Under the pieces are notes generated by a model. It saw only the letters and a list, made by a program, of their open reading frames with translations, ran no database searches and was not told where the DNA came from. This document shows, piece by piece, positions 41,007-51,672 of a stretch of 64,000 nt of DNA; within the stretch, counting starts at the first letter, position 1; every line of letters begins with the position of its first letter. Source of the DNA: Vulcanimicrobiota bacterium (GTDB lineage: Bacteria > Vulcanimicrobiota > Xenobia > Xenobiales > JADMJV01); assembly GCA_050250895.1 (NCBI GenBank), contig JBFWNU010000001.1:2820891-2884890 (forward strand). Direction: 5' to 3'. The position numbers and the translations under genes are program-made.

Positions 41007-42653
41007 ATGTTTACGACATCCAGTCATCGTGCCAGGGATTTACTAGGCTTCGTTACCGCGCTAGTCTTGCTCGGGTTGTTGGTAACAGCGGAGTCGGCCC
41101 TGGCGGAGCCAAGCGCTTTCAAAGGTCGAGAGGATGCCCTCGCGGGGCTAATGAGGGAGCCTGGCGCCAAGTCTCCGGTGGACCCGCGTCAACTGGTTCA
41201 GCATCTTTTTCGCCACCCAGGCCTACGGCCCCACTTTCATTTGGTGGCGTTGCGGGGTGTTCACGGTGCGGGCGGCCTCGGTTGCTTTATCTCGGTCGAT
41301 GGCGAACTGGGTGATTCCACGATCGACGCGGGTGATTTCTTCCTTGGAATCTTTCTTTCGGGCGGCAATATCCGGCTTCTCGATTCGTTGGGTCCGCTCC
41401 AGATCGAAGCGCTCGCCTTCGATAGGAAGACCGGCGAATACAATTTTTATGAGAAACTTACGGGCGAGGACTGGGCGTTTCGTGGTGATTCCTCCGACAT
41501 TCTGAATCAGGTCAGCAAGGCCAACTTGGGGGATCCGATTGTCCTGTCAGGAACCACCCCTAGATGCACCGGGTGCCATACTCTCGGCGGGCCTATTCTG
41601 AAGGAACTCGACCCATGGACGAGTTGGAAGACAGAGCAGTCGTCGGGACTGACTGCCGGCGCTACGCTCCAGAATTCCGATGATTTGGTTCGAACTCTGG
41701 TCGCTAGAGCGGAGGGAGCCGAGCACCTGGACAAAGCAGTCCTCTCAGGACTCAGGAAATACGTGAATTCCATGGCGGCAAAGGGGCTGGAGAACGAACA
41801 GCAATGGTTGCGCTCAGTCCTGCACCCTCTCGAAATGAACCTTGTCTCTGATGCAAAGCCCTACGACTCGAGGAGCCCGGAGGACCACATCGAGCTACCT
41901 GCGGCCTTCTTTGTCGACCCTCGTTTGAGTGGGCCTGCTCCCCCGATTCTGGTAAAGAAGAAGGTCTATGCACAGGCACTTGCCAAGTTGGGCAGCACCT
42001 ATGATGCGGGTCGCGCGGAAGGGCAGTTCGCATTTCTCGTCCCAGTTCGTTCGCGGCACGATGAACTGCGAATTGATAACCTTCTGGAGCGCGGGAAGCT
42101 CGATCAGGAGACACTCGCTGACCTGCTAGCAGTGGACTATAGCACTCCGCTGTTTTCGCCCGACCGTGAATTTCTCATCACCAAGGTTCCCAAGACCTAC
42201 CGGGGAGCGGCCGAGTTGAAGGCGCAGCTGATCTCAACTGTTGCGGACGATGGCCACGCTTCTCGTGAACTTCGGAGGAACCTGACCGATCCCACGAGGG
42301 ACGTTCACTTTCATAAGGCTCAGGCTCTGGCACTCCTGGAGAAGGTGAGACGAAATGCCAACTCGACTGACGCGGTTGCTGGTTGGCTCGTCTTGGCGGC
42401 ACAGCGCCGACAAGAAATCACTTCGACGATCGATGCGGTCGGTACGGTCGTGCGGCGTTCAACGGTCAGCAAGATTGACACCGAGACGAAGTTCGGAGAG
42501 TCGTTCATTTTGGAAAACGGTGACCCGTCTGACGTCGCGAAGTCCCAGTTCCGGCACGGCTTTCCGGCCCTGAAGGCTCAATCGCCGTGGCCTCCCAAGC
42601 CCTATAGGCTTAGATTGGACCCGGTCACCGGCCTGAAGGCACTAAGGATTTAA
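41007..42653 (+). CDS. Secreted hypothetical protein with one CxxCH motif
   Basis: Signal peptide ending SALA; RCTGCHTLGGP. Confidence 0.7.
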   Translation: MFTTSSHRARDLLGFVTALVLLGLLVTAESALAEPSAFKGREDALAGLMREPGAKSPVDPRQLVQHLFRHPGLRPHFHLVALRGVHGAGGLGCFISVDGELGDSTIDAGDFFLGIFLSGGNIRLLDSLGPLQIEALAFDRKTGEYNFYEKLTGEDWAFRGDSSDILNQVSKANLGDPIVLSGTTPRCTGCHTLGGPILKELDPWTSWKTEQSSGLTAGATLQNSDDLVRTLVARAEGAEHLDKAVLSGLRKYVNSMAAKGLENEQQWLRSVLHPLEMNLVSDAKPYDSRSPEDHIELPAAFFVDPRLSGPAPPILVKKKVYAQALAKLGSTYDAGRAEGQFAFLVPVRSRHDELRIDNLLERGKLDQETLADLLAVDYSTPLFSPDREFLITKVPKTYRGAAELKAQLISTVADDGHASRELRRNLTDPTRDVHFHKAQALALLEKVRRNANSTDAVAGWLVLAAQRRQEITSTIDAVGTVVRRSTVSKIDTETKFGESFILENGDPSDVAKSQFRHGFPALKAQSPWPPKPYRLRLDPVTGLKALRI

Positions 42654-42661
42654 CCGTTTCG

Positions 42662-45038
42662 ATGGCGGAGAATGATAAGATTAGTGCTTCCGAAGGTCGT
42701 CGATACAGGTATTCCGCATTTATCTCCTACAGTCACCGCGAGGACAAAGCATTGGCGGCGGCTTTACAACGGGCGTTGCAGACTCTAGCCCAGCCTTGGT
42801 ACCAGTGGCGTGCCATTCCAATTTATCGTGACGAAACGGACCTCTCGTGTTCTCCGGATGGCTGGGCGTCGATTGAAGCAAGGCTGAATGAATCTCAGTT
42901 CCTGGTGCTACTCTGTTCCCCATTGGCTGCCCAAAGCAAGTGGGTGAGAAAGGAGGTTGAGACTTGGGCGCAACGGCCAGATTCTCACGAGAGTTTAATC
43001 TTGGTTTTGACCGCAGGTGAACTGCATTGGGAAGATAAGTTAGGACAGTTCTCGCAGTATTCGGACGCTCTGCCTCAGCCACTGATGAAATTCTTCGACG
43101 CAGAGCCGCTCTGGGCAGACTTGAGTTGGGCTAAGCGGGAAACACAACTGCAACTCGGGCACCCGGATTTCAAGTTGGCTGTCGCGCGTATCGCGGCCAA
43201 GATTCGTGGATTGGACTTGGCCACGTTGGTTGATCAGGACCTCCATCAAGTCAGGACCCGTCAATGGCTTGCCCGCGCAGCGTTTTGGTTGATCTTTTTG
43301 CTTGGGCTTGGCGCGGCTTGGCTTCTCTGCTTACAAGGACAAGTATCTCGCGGAGTTGAGCGAAAGCTTGGCCATTTCTTCCGGCGATTTGGCCGAGCGA
43401 CGCCGGGTTCAAACCGTCCGAGAAGTTTTTAATCTTCAGATTTCTCAATATATGAATCAGAAGACCCAGTCACCGTCAGAGGCCCGCCGTTCGGCGATAG
43501 CCGCTGTCCAGACTCTGCTTGATACAAAAGAGTTGTCCAATGAGTTGCCTCAGCGGGTGAGGGCTGCCGTCTTGCTTGATGACGCCCTGTCCTCTACGGC
43601 ACCTATCTCTAAGGTGAGCCTCACTGCGGATCGTGGGTTCATAGCGCGCCTCGCCTTGTGTCCGGGAGGGAAGTATCTGGCCTATGACGGCAACGCCGGG
43701 CTTTTCTTACAGAGTCTGACGGGCGATCAAGAACCCCGCAAGCTTCAATCTGAGTTCGCGGGCGACGTGGGCGAAGGCTTCTGGTTTTCTGCAGACGGGA
43801 ACAGATTGTACTTTCAAGGCTCGGAAAAAACAGCGTACGGCTATAGTTTGAGTCAAGGCAAGTGGGATCAGGTCACACTCGACGAAGTCGATCGACTGAG
43901 AGAGCGCTCATTCGTGTGGGATGCGGGGAGTGAGCAGTCCTTTGTGGCAAGCCGTGGCGCGGTCAGAGTTGCTTTGTCCTCACAGGAAGGAGAAGGGACA
44001 AGCCCTCAACTTCGGATTGGCGAAAAGCACGAAGATACGTACTGGTCTGGACCAGGAGGAGAGCTTGTACGGGTTTGGGTCTCGGCGGACGGAGCGGTAG
44101 TAGCGCTGGGCTACTTCGACCCTTCGCAACGAGACTTCCGCATCCGTGTGTATCTGACGGAAGGCCCCGAGTTCCGGAACCAAGAGCTTCTTCGGCCAGA
44201 CCTCGTCATACAGGATTCACCTCATTACTTTGTGTTGGATTCCGCCTCCTCGCGTTTGGTGACTTGGGGTCAGGTAGGCGAGGGCGTATACCAAGCGAAC
44301 GTTTACGCCCTTAGGCCCACCGAGTTTCGGTCACCTCTTGTTTGGGGCGCGTGGTGGTTGAGTTCAAGCACCGACGAATTCCTGTGCTTTTCTTCCTCAG
44401 ATGATGGGGGAAACGAGGCCCGCAAGTACGCACTGTTCGATGTCGAAAGGAATAGGTTTGTTTCGGTGTCGTCCAAAGTTGACCTCTTGGTTCTCGAGAA
44501 AGCAGGCAACCATTTGCTCTTGCGCGAGGGCCCCAGCCACTTTGTCGTTCCCATTCATAACGGTGAACCCAACTTGGAACTGAGGCAGGTCGTCCGCCTA
44601 GATTCGCATTCTCCAAGTTCCAAGCAGGACATGTACGAGTTTTCCGACGTTAACGTTGGTAGCTACTACTATAGGGCTGGGTCGCAGGAGATCTTCTTTG
44701 AGGCGCGAGCAGCTTCGTCTGGGCGGTTCGACCGATGGCGGGAGCCGGAGAGGCTGGTCGCGGGACCCGAGGGTTGCCGAATGAAATGGTCTTTCGAGAG
44801 TCGGCAACCGTTGGTCTGGAGCCCAACCGCTCGCCAGTGGGTACCCCTCGAAGGGCTTGAGGACGAATTGGTGGCCGGGCGGAACGGGATTCGCGGACTG
44901 GATGGCAACTTTCGTATCTGTGTTTTCACGAGTTCATACTTCGCGTTCTGGTTCAATGAGAGATTGAAGATCGTTAGATTTGAGTTGCCGGAGATCCGTA
45001 ACAAGTTGGAGCAGTTGAAGCGGGAGACAATGTTGTAG
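42662..45038 (+). pseudogene. Frameshifted TIR-TM-beta-propeller gene (ORFs 42662-43432 and 43302-45038), paralogue of 18073-20460
   Basis: TIR YSAFISYSH/IYRDETDL/SKWVRKEV/EPLWADLSW closely matches the 18073 gene; the frame changes just after the TM helix near 43320. Confidence 0.7.
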
Positions 45039-45086
45039 GTTGGATAGGCAGCTACGCCAAGACCGTCCGCCCTCCGCCGAGAACTC

Positions 45087-45410
45087 TCACAGAAGGCCAT
45101 CCAACCTAGCCTGCAACTGGGCCCCATCTGCTGCAATTCCCTCGACCGCCTGCCGCAATTCCTCTAGCAGTTCTCGGTCCACCAGAACCGCCGCATCATC
45201 CCGACGAAAAAACCAGTCCACCGGCCGCTGAAGAAGCGCCGAAAGCGCTTCGAGGTGCGCGGCCTTGGGCAGCGAGTTACCCCCCTCCCACGCAACCACA
45301 GCCTGTCGCGAAACCCCCAATGCACGCGCGACCGCTTCATGAGTGAACCCCCGCTCTTTACGCGCCTGCTTCAGCCGTTTGCCCAGAATCTCTAAGATAG
45401 AACCGCTCAA
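45087..45410 (-). CDS. XRE-family HTH transcriptional regulator
   Basis: LGKRLKQARKERGFTHEAVARALGVSRQAVVAWEGGNSLP. Confidence 0.88.
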   Translation of the reverse strand: MSGSILEILGKRLKQARKERGFTHEAVARALGVSRQAVVAWEGGNSLPKAAHLEALSALLQRPVDWFFRRDDAAVLVDRELLEELRQAVEGIAADGAQLQARLDGLL

Positions 45411-45442
45411 GATGGTGCCAGCATACCCAAATCAAAAGCATA

Positions 45443-45471
45443 TTGACAGACAAGTTTAAATTGTCTAAAAT
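45443..45471 (+). promoter_or_regulatory. Sigma70-type promoter of the que/dpd operon with an overlapping palindrome
   Basis: TTGACA (45443-48), 17 bp, TAAAAT (45466-71); AGACAA-N7-TTGTCT inverted repeat at 45448-45466. Confidence 0.75.
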
Positions 45472-45600
45472 AGCAAAGAAGCAAATTAAAGTTGTCATTG
45501 TCTCAAGTCCCGCAAACGTGTGTTCTGAAGGAAATTCAATCCGGCCAGCGGAAAATTCAACCATGAGCAACGCCATGCAACATCGAGAGACTTTCTAGAG

Positions 45601-45831
45601 ATGCCCGTCAAAGTCAACGGAGACCAGTTCTTCCGGCTGGGCGAAGTGGCCGAGGCCGTGGGTGTCTGTCGTCAGACCCTGTGGCGCTGGCGCCAGGACG
45701 GGAAGATCCCCGAAGGTCGTCGCTATCGCGAGAAGCAGCTGCTCTACACCCACGAAGAGCTCGAGGCGGTCCGCGAGTTCGCAAATCGGATGGAACCCGC
45801 GTCGGTAGCGCGGGGCGGAGGAGAATCATGA
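45601..45831 (+). CDS. Small MerR/excisionase-like HTH protein
   Basis: [25 protein letters not shown]; ATGA overlap with queC. Confidence 0.8.
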   Translation: MPVKVNGDQFFRLGEVAEAVGVCRQTLWRWRQDGKIPEGRRYREKQLLYTHEELEAVREFANRMEPASVARGGGES

Positions 45832-46529
45832 AGAAAGCAGTCGTTCTGCTCAGCGGGGGTCTCGACTCGACCACCACCCTCGCCATCGCCAAGCACGAGG
45901 GTTTCCAGCCCTACGCTCTGACCTTCCGCTACGGCCAGCGGCACCTGGTCGAGATCGAGGCGGCCAAGAAGATCGCAAGCGAAATGGGGGTGGCACAGCA
46001 CGTCGTCGCCGACATCAACCTGCGCGCCTTCGGTGGCTCGGCCCTGACCGACGACATCGACGTGCCCAAGAACCGCGACACCCACCAGATGTCCGACGGC
46101 ATCCCGGTGACCTACGTGCCGGCCCGCAACACCATCTTCCTCTCCTTTGCCCTGGCCTGGGCCGAGGTGCTCGGCAGCCAGGACATCTTCATCGGCGTCA
46201 ACGCCCTCGACTACAGCGGCTATCCCGACTGCCGGCCCGAATACATCCAGGCTTATACGGCTATGGCCAACCTGGCCACGGCTGCCGGTGTCGAGGGGCG
46301 GCAGAAGCTGACCATTCACACTCCCCTCATCCAACTCACCAAAGCCCAGATCATCGAGCGCGGGCTCCAACTCGGGGTCAACTACGCCTCGACCCTCTCC
46401 TGCTATGACCCGGGCCCGGGCGGCCAGGCCTGCGGCGCCTGCGACTCGTGCCTGCTGCGACTGAAGGGCTTTCGCGAGAACGGCACCACCGACCCGGCCT
46501 CCTATCAGGAACCGGTGGCGGCTCGATGA
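45828..46529 (+). CDS. queC: 7-cyano-7-deazaguanine synthase
   Basis: LSGGLDS, YGQRH, TYVPARN, YPDCRPE, CGACDSC. Confidence 0.97.
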   Translation: MKKAVVLLSGGLDSTTTLAIAKHEGFQPYALTFRYGQRHLVEIEAAKKIASEMGVAQHVVADINLRAFGGSALTDDIDVPKNRDTHQMSDGIPVTYVPARNTIFLSFALAWAEVLGSQDIFIGVNALDYSGYPDCRPEYIQAYTAMANLATAAGVEGRQKLTIHTPLIQLTKAQIIERGLQLGVNYASTLSCYDPGPGGQACGACDSCLLRLKGFRENGTTDPASYQEPVAAR

Positions 46530-47161
46530 CCTACGCGGTCAAAGAGATCTTCTACACCCTGCAGGGCGAGGGGGCCAACAGTGGCCGGCCGTCGGTATTC
46601 TGCCGCTTCTCGGGCTGCAATCTGTGGTCGGGTCGCGAGCAAGACCGCGCCTCGGCCATCTGCCAGTTCTGCGACACCGACTTCGTGGGCACCAACGGGC
46701 CGGGTGGCGGCAAGTTCCGCTCACCCGAAGACCTGGCCGCGGCCATCGCCGAGCAGTGGCCGGCCGGCCAGGATTCACCGCGCTTCGTGGTCTGCACCGG
46801 GGGCGAACCTCTGCTGCAGGTCGACGAGCCTTTAGTGCAAGCCCTGCATCAACGGGGCTTTCAGGTGGCCGTCGAGACCAACGGCACGCTGGTTCCTCCG
46901 GCCGGCATCGACTGGGTTTGCGTCAGCCCCAAGGCGGGCTCCGACTTCGTGCTGCGCAAAGGTCACGAACTCAAGCTGGTCTTTCCTCAGTCAGGGGCCC
47001 CGCCCGAGCGCTTTGAAGACACCGAATTCGAACACTACTACCTGCAACCGATGGACGGGCCGAGGGTGAGCGAGAACACCCAGGCGGCCGTCCGCTACTG
47101 TCTCGACCACCCCCGTTGGAAGCTCAGCCTGCAGACGCACAAGCTTCTCGGTATTCCGTAA
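46526..47161 (+). CDS. queE: 7-carboxy-7-deazaguanine synthase (radical SAM)
   Basis: [10 protein letters not shown], Cx14CxxC (GCNL...CQFCDT), [18 protein letters not shown]. Confidence 0.96.
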   Translation: MTYAVKEIFYTLQGEGANSGRPSVFCRFSGCNLWSGREQDRASAICQFCDTDFVGTNGPGGGKFRSPEDLAAAIAEQWPAGQDSPRFVVCTGGEPLLQVDEPLVQALHQRGFQVAVETNGTLVPPAGIDWVCVSPKAGSDFVLRKGHELKLVFPQSGAPPERFEDTEFEHYYLQPMDGPRVSENTQAAVRYCLDHPRWKLSLQTHKLLGIP

Positions 47162-47173
47162 AGGAGCGGCATC

Positions 47174-47641
47174 TTGGAAATCTATAAGGAATTTACTTTC
47201 GAGGCGGCTCATCGCCTGCCTTACGTGCCCGAGGGGCATAAGTGCGGGCGGTTGCACGGCCACTCGTTTCGGGTCGAGATTCACGTGCGCGGTCCGGTCG
47301 ACCCGCACACTGGCTGGATTATCGATTTCGCCGACATCAAGGCCGCCTTCCAGCCGCTTTACGAACAGTTGGATCACAACTACCTCAACGAGATTCCGGG
47401 GCTTGAGAATCCGACCAGCGAGAATCTCTCGCTCTGGATTTGGGACAAGTTGAAGCCAACGCTGCCCCTGCTCGCGCGGGTGGTGGTGAAAGAAACCTGC
47501 ACCTGCGGGTGCGTGTACGAGGGAATTCGAAAGGAAAATGAGTCAGATGGTCGACATTCAGAGTTCGCGGGACAACCGAATGGTGCCGCTCGCGCAGGTG
47601 GGCGTAACGGATCTGCGCTATCCGATCTCTGTCCTCGATAA
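47174..47641 (+). CDS. queD: 6-carboxy-5,6,7,8-tetrahydropterin synthase (C-terminally extended ORF)
   Basis: [27 protein letters not shown]; TTG start with AAGGAG. Confidence 0.95.
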   Translation: MEIYKEFTFEAAHRLPYVPEGHKCGRLHGHSFRVEIHVRGPVDPHTGWIIDFADIKAAFQPLYEQLDHNYLNEIPGLENPTSENLSLWIWDKLKPTLPLLARVVVKETCTCGCVYEGIRKENESDGRHSEFAGQPNGAARAGGRNGSALSDLCPR

Positions 47642-48377
47642 GTCCGAGGGCAAGCAACAGACCGTGGCCCGGTTGACCATGTCGGTCAACCTGCCGCATC
47701 ATTTCAAAGGCACGCACATGAGCCGCTTTCTCGAGGTGCTCAACCACCATCGGGGCGAGTTCACGGTGCACACCTTTCCGGCCATCCTCAAAGAGTTGCG
47801 CGAGCGATTGCAGGCCGAGACGGCTCGCATCGAGGCCACGTTTCCGTATTTCATCGAGCGGGTGGCGCCGGCCAGCGGGGCTCGCGCCCTGCTCGACTAC
47901 GAGTGCTCGTTTCTCGGAGACCTCAGCCCCGAGCAGCAAGACTTCTTGCTCACGGTCACGGTGCCGGTCACCAGTCTGTGCCCCTGCAGCAAGGCCATCA
48001 GCGACTACGGCGCCCACAATCAACGCGGTCACGTGAAGATGGCGGTCAAGACGGTCAGCCACGAAAACCTGGTCTGGATCGAAGAGTTGGTGGAGATTGC
48101 CGAGCAGTCTGCCTCGGCTCCCGTCTACCCGCTGCTCAAGCGGGTCGACGAGCGGCACGTCACCATGCAGGCCTACGACAATCCGGTCTTCGTCGAGGAC
48201 ATCGTGCGCAATGTGGCCGTTCGCCTGCGCGAAGACGAACGGGTGGCCAGCTTCGAAGTCGAGGCGGTCAATCAAGAGAGCATCCACAATCACAGCGCCT
48301 TCGCCCGCACTTCGTGGGTTCGCACGGCTCCTGACCGAGAGCAAGCATCCGAGAGAGCCGCAGTTCTGGTAGGCTAG
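47538..48377 (+). CDS. folE2: GTP cyclohydrolase IB
   Basis: [43 protein letters not shown]. Confidence 0.95.
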   Translation: MSQMVDIQSSRDNRMVPLAQVGVTDLRYPISVLDKSEGKQQTVARLTMSVNLPHHFKGTHMSRFLEVLNHHRGEFTVHTFPAILKELRERLQAETARIEATFPYFIERVAPASGARALLDYECSFLGDLSPEQQDFLLTVTVPVTSLCPCSKAISDYGAHNQRGHVKMAVKTVSHENLVWIEELVEIAEQSASAPVYPLLKRVDERHVTMQAYDNPVFVEDIVRNVAVRLREDERVASFEVEAVNQESIHNHSAFARTSWVRTAPDREQASERAAVLVG

Positions 48378-48378
48378 C

Positions 48379-49320
48379 TTGGAAGTCGTCAACGTCGTCG
48401 TCACCTGCTCGAACCGCAAGTCGCTGCCGGTGTCGCCCGAGCTTTGCCTCGGGGGGCATCGGGCCAGTAGCCTGGCCGAGCGAGCAGCCAGCTGGTTGAC
48501 CGCCATTGGCCGGGCCGAGCAGCGTGCTCCGGCTCGCCAGGTCTATTGTGGCGGGCACTGGCATGTGGTGGCCCAACTCGAGCGGGCGCGGGTGAAGGTG
48601 GACCTCTGGGTGACCTCGGCCGGGTATGGCTTGATCCATGCCGACGACCCGATCGCTAGCTATCAGTCGACCTTTTCGACCCAGACCGAGAACTCGGTCT
48701 TTCAAGCCAGCTTGGGCAAAGAGGCTCGACCGGTCCATCGCGACTGGTGGTCGCATCTGGCCCGGTGGCCAGGGCCGGCGCCGGGTCGCCCGCGCTCGCT
48801 GGAAGAGTTGGCGGCCAAGTATCCCCGCCGGCCGATGCTGGTGGCCTTATCGTCAGTCTACCTCGGAGCGATAGGACACGATCTGGCCAGAGTGCCCAGC
48901 CACCTCGACGACCGTCTCATGATCGTGAGCCGCAAAACCCATCTGCCTGAAGAGTTGCACCCCTGGGTGGTCCCCTTCGATGCTCGCCTGCAAGACGAAC
49001 TTGGCGGAGCCCGTCAGAGCCTCTATGCTCGCGTTGTGCGCAAGATGCTCGACGAGGCTGATGAGCATCCCCTCAGGCTCAAGCCTCTGCAGCAGCGCTA
49101 TCAGACCCTGCTGGCCCAGGCCCCGCCGGTGGCCGTCTACAATCGCACTCCCCTCGAAGACGGCCAGGTCCGCGCCTTTATCAAGACGCAACTCAAGAAA
49201 GACCAGAGCCTGCGCCACACCCGAGCTCTGCGCGATTTTCGCAGCGCGGGTCTGGCCTGCGAGCAGAAGCGCTTCGCCAATCTCTTCGCCGAGGTACGCC
49301 AGGAGGTGCTGGGTGGCTAA
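48379..49320 (+). CDS. YaaA/DUF328/DUF6884-like protein, possible DpdC counterpart
   Basis: VTCSNRK...ARQVYCG...VTSAGYGLI...IASY pattern; embedded in the dpd operon. Confidence 0.5.
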   Translation: MEVVNVVVTCSNRKSLPVSPELCLGGHRASSLAERAASWLTAIGRAEQRAPARQVYCGGHWHVVAQLERARVKVDLWVTSAGYGLIHADDPIASYQSTFSTQTENSVFQASLGKEARPVHRDWWSHLARWPGPAPGRPRSLEELAAKYPRRPMLVALSSVYLGAIGHDLARVPSHLDDRLMIVSRKTHLPEELHPWVVPFDARLQDELGGARQSLYARVVRKMLDEADEHPLRLKPLQQRYQTLLAQAPPVAVYNRTPLEDGQVRAFIKTQLKKDQSLRHTRALRDFRSAGLACEQKRFANLFAEVRQEVLGG

Positions 49321-50413
49321 GCTCGAGTTCGCGGCCGTCAAGCTGTGCCAGCATCCCGAACTGCCCCTCTTTCTGTTCGGGTTGTCTTCGGGCGAGTTGC
49401 TCGAACTGGCCTCGGTGGCCCACGCCCAGCGCGACGACGGGGGAGACCTCATCGGCTATCAACGACCCGAAGTGCAACGGCATGTGGCCGAGATCGCCAG
49501 CTATCTGCGCCAGGAGCAGGTGCTCTTCCCCAACGCGGTGGTGTTGTGCCTCGAGTCAGCCCAATTTCGCAGCCACAAGCCGCGCGACCGGGCGGCCATT
49601 CAGTTTGGCACTCTGCGCATCCCCCAGCGTAAAGGCCGGCCGGCGGCCTGGGTGGTGGACGGCCAGCAGCGCATGCTGGCCCTGAAGAAGTCGGGGCGGG
49701 CCGACCTGCCCATCCCGGCCACCGCCTTCGTCACCGACGCCCTGGCCGTGCAGCGCGAACAGTTCTTGCGGGTCAACAATGCCCGACCTCTGCCCCGGGG
49801 CCTGATCACCGAGTTGCTGCCAAGCGTCGACCAGCCCATCACCGCTAACCTCGAGCGCTTTCGCCTGCCTTCACTGCTCTCCGAGATGCTCAACACCGAC
49901 CCCGCTTCGCCGTTGTTTCGCCGCATCCGGCGGGCATCTCATCCGGCCACTCCCGGAGCCAACATTTCCGACAACGCCGTGGTCCAGATGCTCAAGCGCA
50001 GTCTGCACACGCCGTCGGGTTGTCTGTTTGCTTATCAGAATGTGGCCACCGGCGAGTTGCAGGTAGAGTTGGCTCGACGAGCGCTGGTCTGCTACTGGGA
50101 GGCCGTCCGCCGGGTGTTTCCCGAGGCCTGGTCGCTGCCGCCCTCGCGCAGCCGCCTGACCCACGGGGCCGGCATTCAGGCCATGGGGCGCTTGATGGAC
50201 CGGGTGCTTAACCGCCTGGGACCCGAGACCTCGGTGGAGTCGGTGAGCGCTCGCCTCGAGTCGCTCAAGCCCCACTGTGCCTGGACGCGCGGGCACTGGC
50301 GTGGCCTCGACGGGCTGGCCTGGAACGGTCTGCAGAACGTCCAGGCCCACATCAAGCTGCTTTCGGAGTTTCTGATTCACACCTATCTGAGCGAGTGGAG
50401 CGAGGCGGCATGA
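49313..50413 (+). CDS. dpdB: DGQHR-domain (DndB-like) protein DpdB, copy 1
   Basis: GTG start after AGGAGG; GYQRPEV, FPNAVV, VDGQQR, QREQF..VN..PLP.GL. Confidence 0.8.
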   Translation: MAKLEFAAVKLCQHPELPLFLFGLSSGELLELASVAHAQRDDGGDLIGYQRPEVQRHVAEIASYLRQEQVLFPNAVVLCLESAQFRSHKPRDRAAIQFGTLRIPQRKGRPAAWVVDGQQRMLALKKSGRADLPIPATAFVTDALAVQREQFLRVNNARPLPRGLITELLPSVDQPITANLERFRLPSLLSEMLNTDPASPLFRRIRRASHPATPGANISDNAVVQMLKRSLHTPSGCLFAYQNVATGELQVELARRALVCYWEAVRRVFPEAWSLPPSRSRLTHGAGIQAMGRLMDRVLNRLGPETSVESVSARLESLKPHCAWTRGHWRGLDGLAWNGLQNVQAHIKLLSEFLIHTYLSEWSEAA

Positions 50414-51660
50414 AGTTCTTTTTTCCCGACAGTCAGGACCTGGTCGACCCGAGCTTCGACTTCGAGAACGAGACCCGCAACACGTTCCGGGTGCGCCAGC
50501 GCGACGACATCTACGCCCACGAGGTCTTCTCGGAGGTGCCCTACACAGGCATTCTGGTCTCGAAGACCTCGGTCGACGGCATCGGCTCAGAGCGCACCCG
50601 CTATAGCCTGGCCCAGAAGCATCGCTTGCTGCGGGTGGGTGTGCGCGAGTTCTTTCGCCTCGACGCCCAAAAGCGCGAGCGTCTCGAGACCATCGGCGAT
50701 TGCGGAGCCTTCTCCTACGCCAAAGAGCCGCGCCCGCCGTTCTCGGTCGATGAGGTCATCGACTTCTATACCGATTGCGGCTTCGACTATGGCGTGTCCA
50801 TCGACCACGTCATCTTCGAATACGACCAGGCGCTCGACGCGACCCCCGACCAGGTGCCCGACGAATGTCGCCAGCGCCAGCAGATTACTCTTCAGTTGGC
50901 CGACGAATTCCAGTCGCGCCATGCCGCTCGGAAATGCCGTTTTGAGCCGATGGGAGGGGCCCAGGGGTGGAGCCCCGACTCTTACGCCCACTCGGTGGTC
51001 GAACTCGAGAAAATGGGCTACACCTACATCGGCCTGGGTGGCCTCGTGCCTCTCAAGACCCCCGACATCCTGGCCGTGCTCGAGCGGGTGGCCCAGGTCA
51101 AGAAGCCCGAGACCCGCCTTCACCTGTTCGGCATCACTCGCATCAAAGAGGTGCTCAACTTTCAGGCCTTCGGTGTGGCCAGCTTCGATAGCACCTCGCC
51201 GTTGCGCCAGGCCTTCAAAGACGACCGCGACAACTACTACACCCTCGACCGCACCTATACGGCCATCCGCGTGCCCCAGATTGAAGGCAACGCCAGCCTC
51301 AAGCGCCGCATCACGGCCGGCAAGATCAATCAAGATGAGGCGCGCGAACTCGAGGGGCGCTGCCTCGACCTGCTCAAGCGCTTCGACCGCGGCGAGGCCA
51401 GTCTCGACGAGACCGTCGATGCTTTGCGCAGCTACGAAGAACTCTTTGACGGCAAGCGCGACCGCTCGGCCATCTACCGCGAGATTCTCGAGCACAGCCC
51501 CTGGAAGTCGTGCTCGTGCGATATCTGCCGCGACCTGGGGGTTCACGTCATCATGTTTCGGGGTGCCGAGCGCAACCGCCGCCGCGGCTTTCACAACGTC
51601 TTCATTTTCAATCAGCGTCTACGGCGAGAGATGAGTCGCCAACCAGCTACCGTCGGATAG
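50410..51660 (+). CDS. dpdA: DNA 7-deazaguanine transglycosylase DpdA (TGT-like)
   Basis: FFFPDSQDLVDP, GDCGAFSY, SIDH, GGLV, HLFG, SFDSTS, CSCDIC, RRRGFHN; flanked by DGQHR genes. Confidence 0.9.
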   Translation: MKFFFPDSQDLVDPSFDFENETRNTFRVRQRDDIYAHEVFSEVPYTGILVSKTSVDGIGSERTRYSLAQKHRLLRVGVREFFRLDAQKRERLETIGDCGAFSYAKEPRPPFSVDEVIDFYTDCGFDYGVSIDHVIFEYDQALDATPDQVPDECRQRQQITLQLADEFQSRHAARKCRFEPMGGAQGWSPDSYAHSVVELEKMGYTYIGLGGLVPLKTPDILAVLERVAQVKKPETRLHLFGITRIKEVLNFQAFGVASFDSTSPLRQAFKDDRDNYYTLDRTYTAIRVPQIEGNASLKRRITAGKINQDEARELEGRCLDLLKRFDRGEASLDETVDALRSYEELFDGKRDRSAIYREILEHSPWKSCSCDICRDLGVHVIMFRGAERNRRRGFHNVFIFNQRLRREMSRQPATVG

Positions 51661-51672
51661 GAAGGAACCACC

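Noticed and set aside
45828-51660. Ordinary tRNA queuosine operon or Qat system
   Set aside because: The TGT-like gene has DpdA-type features and is flanked by DGQHR genes; no queA, queF, QatA ATPase or TatD is present.
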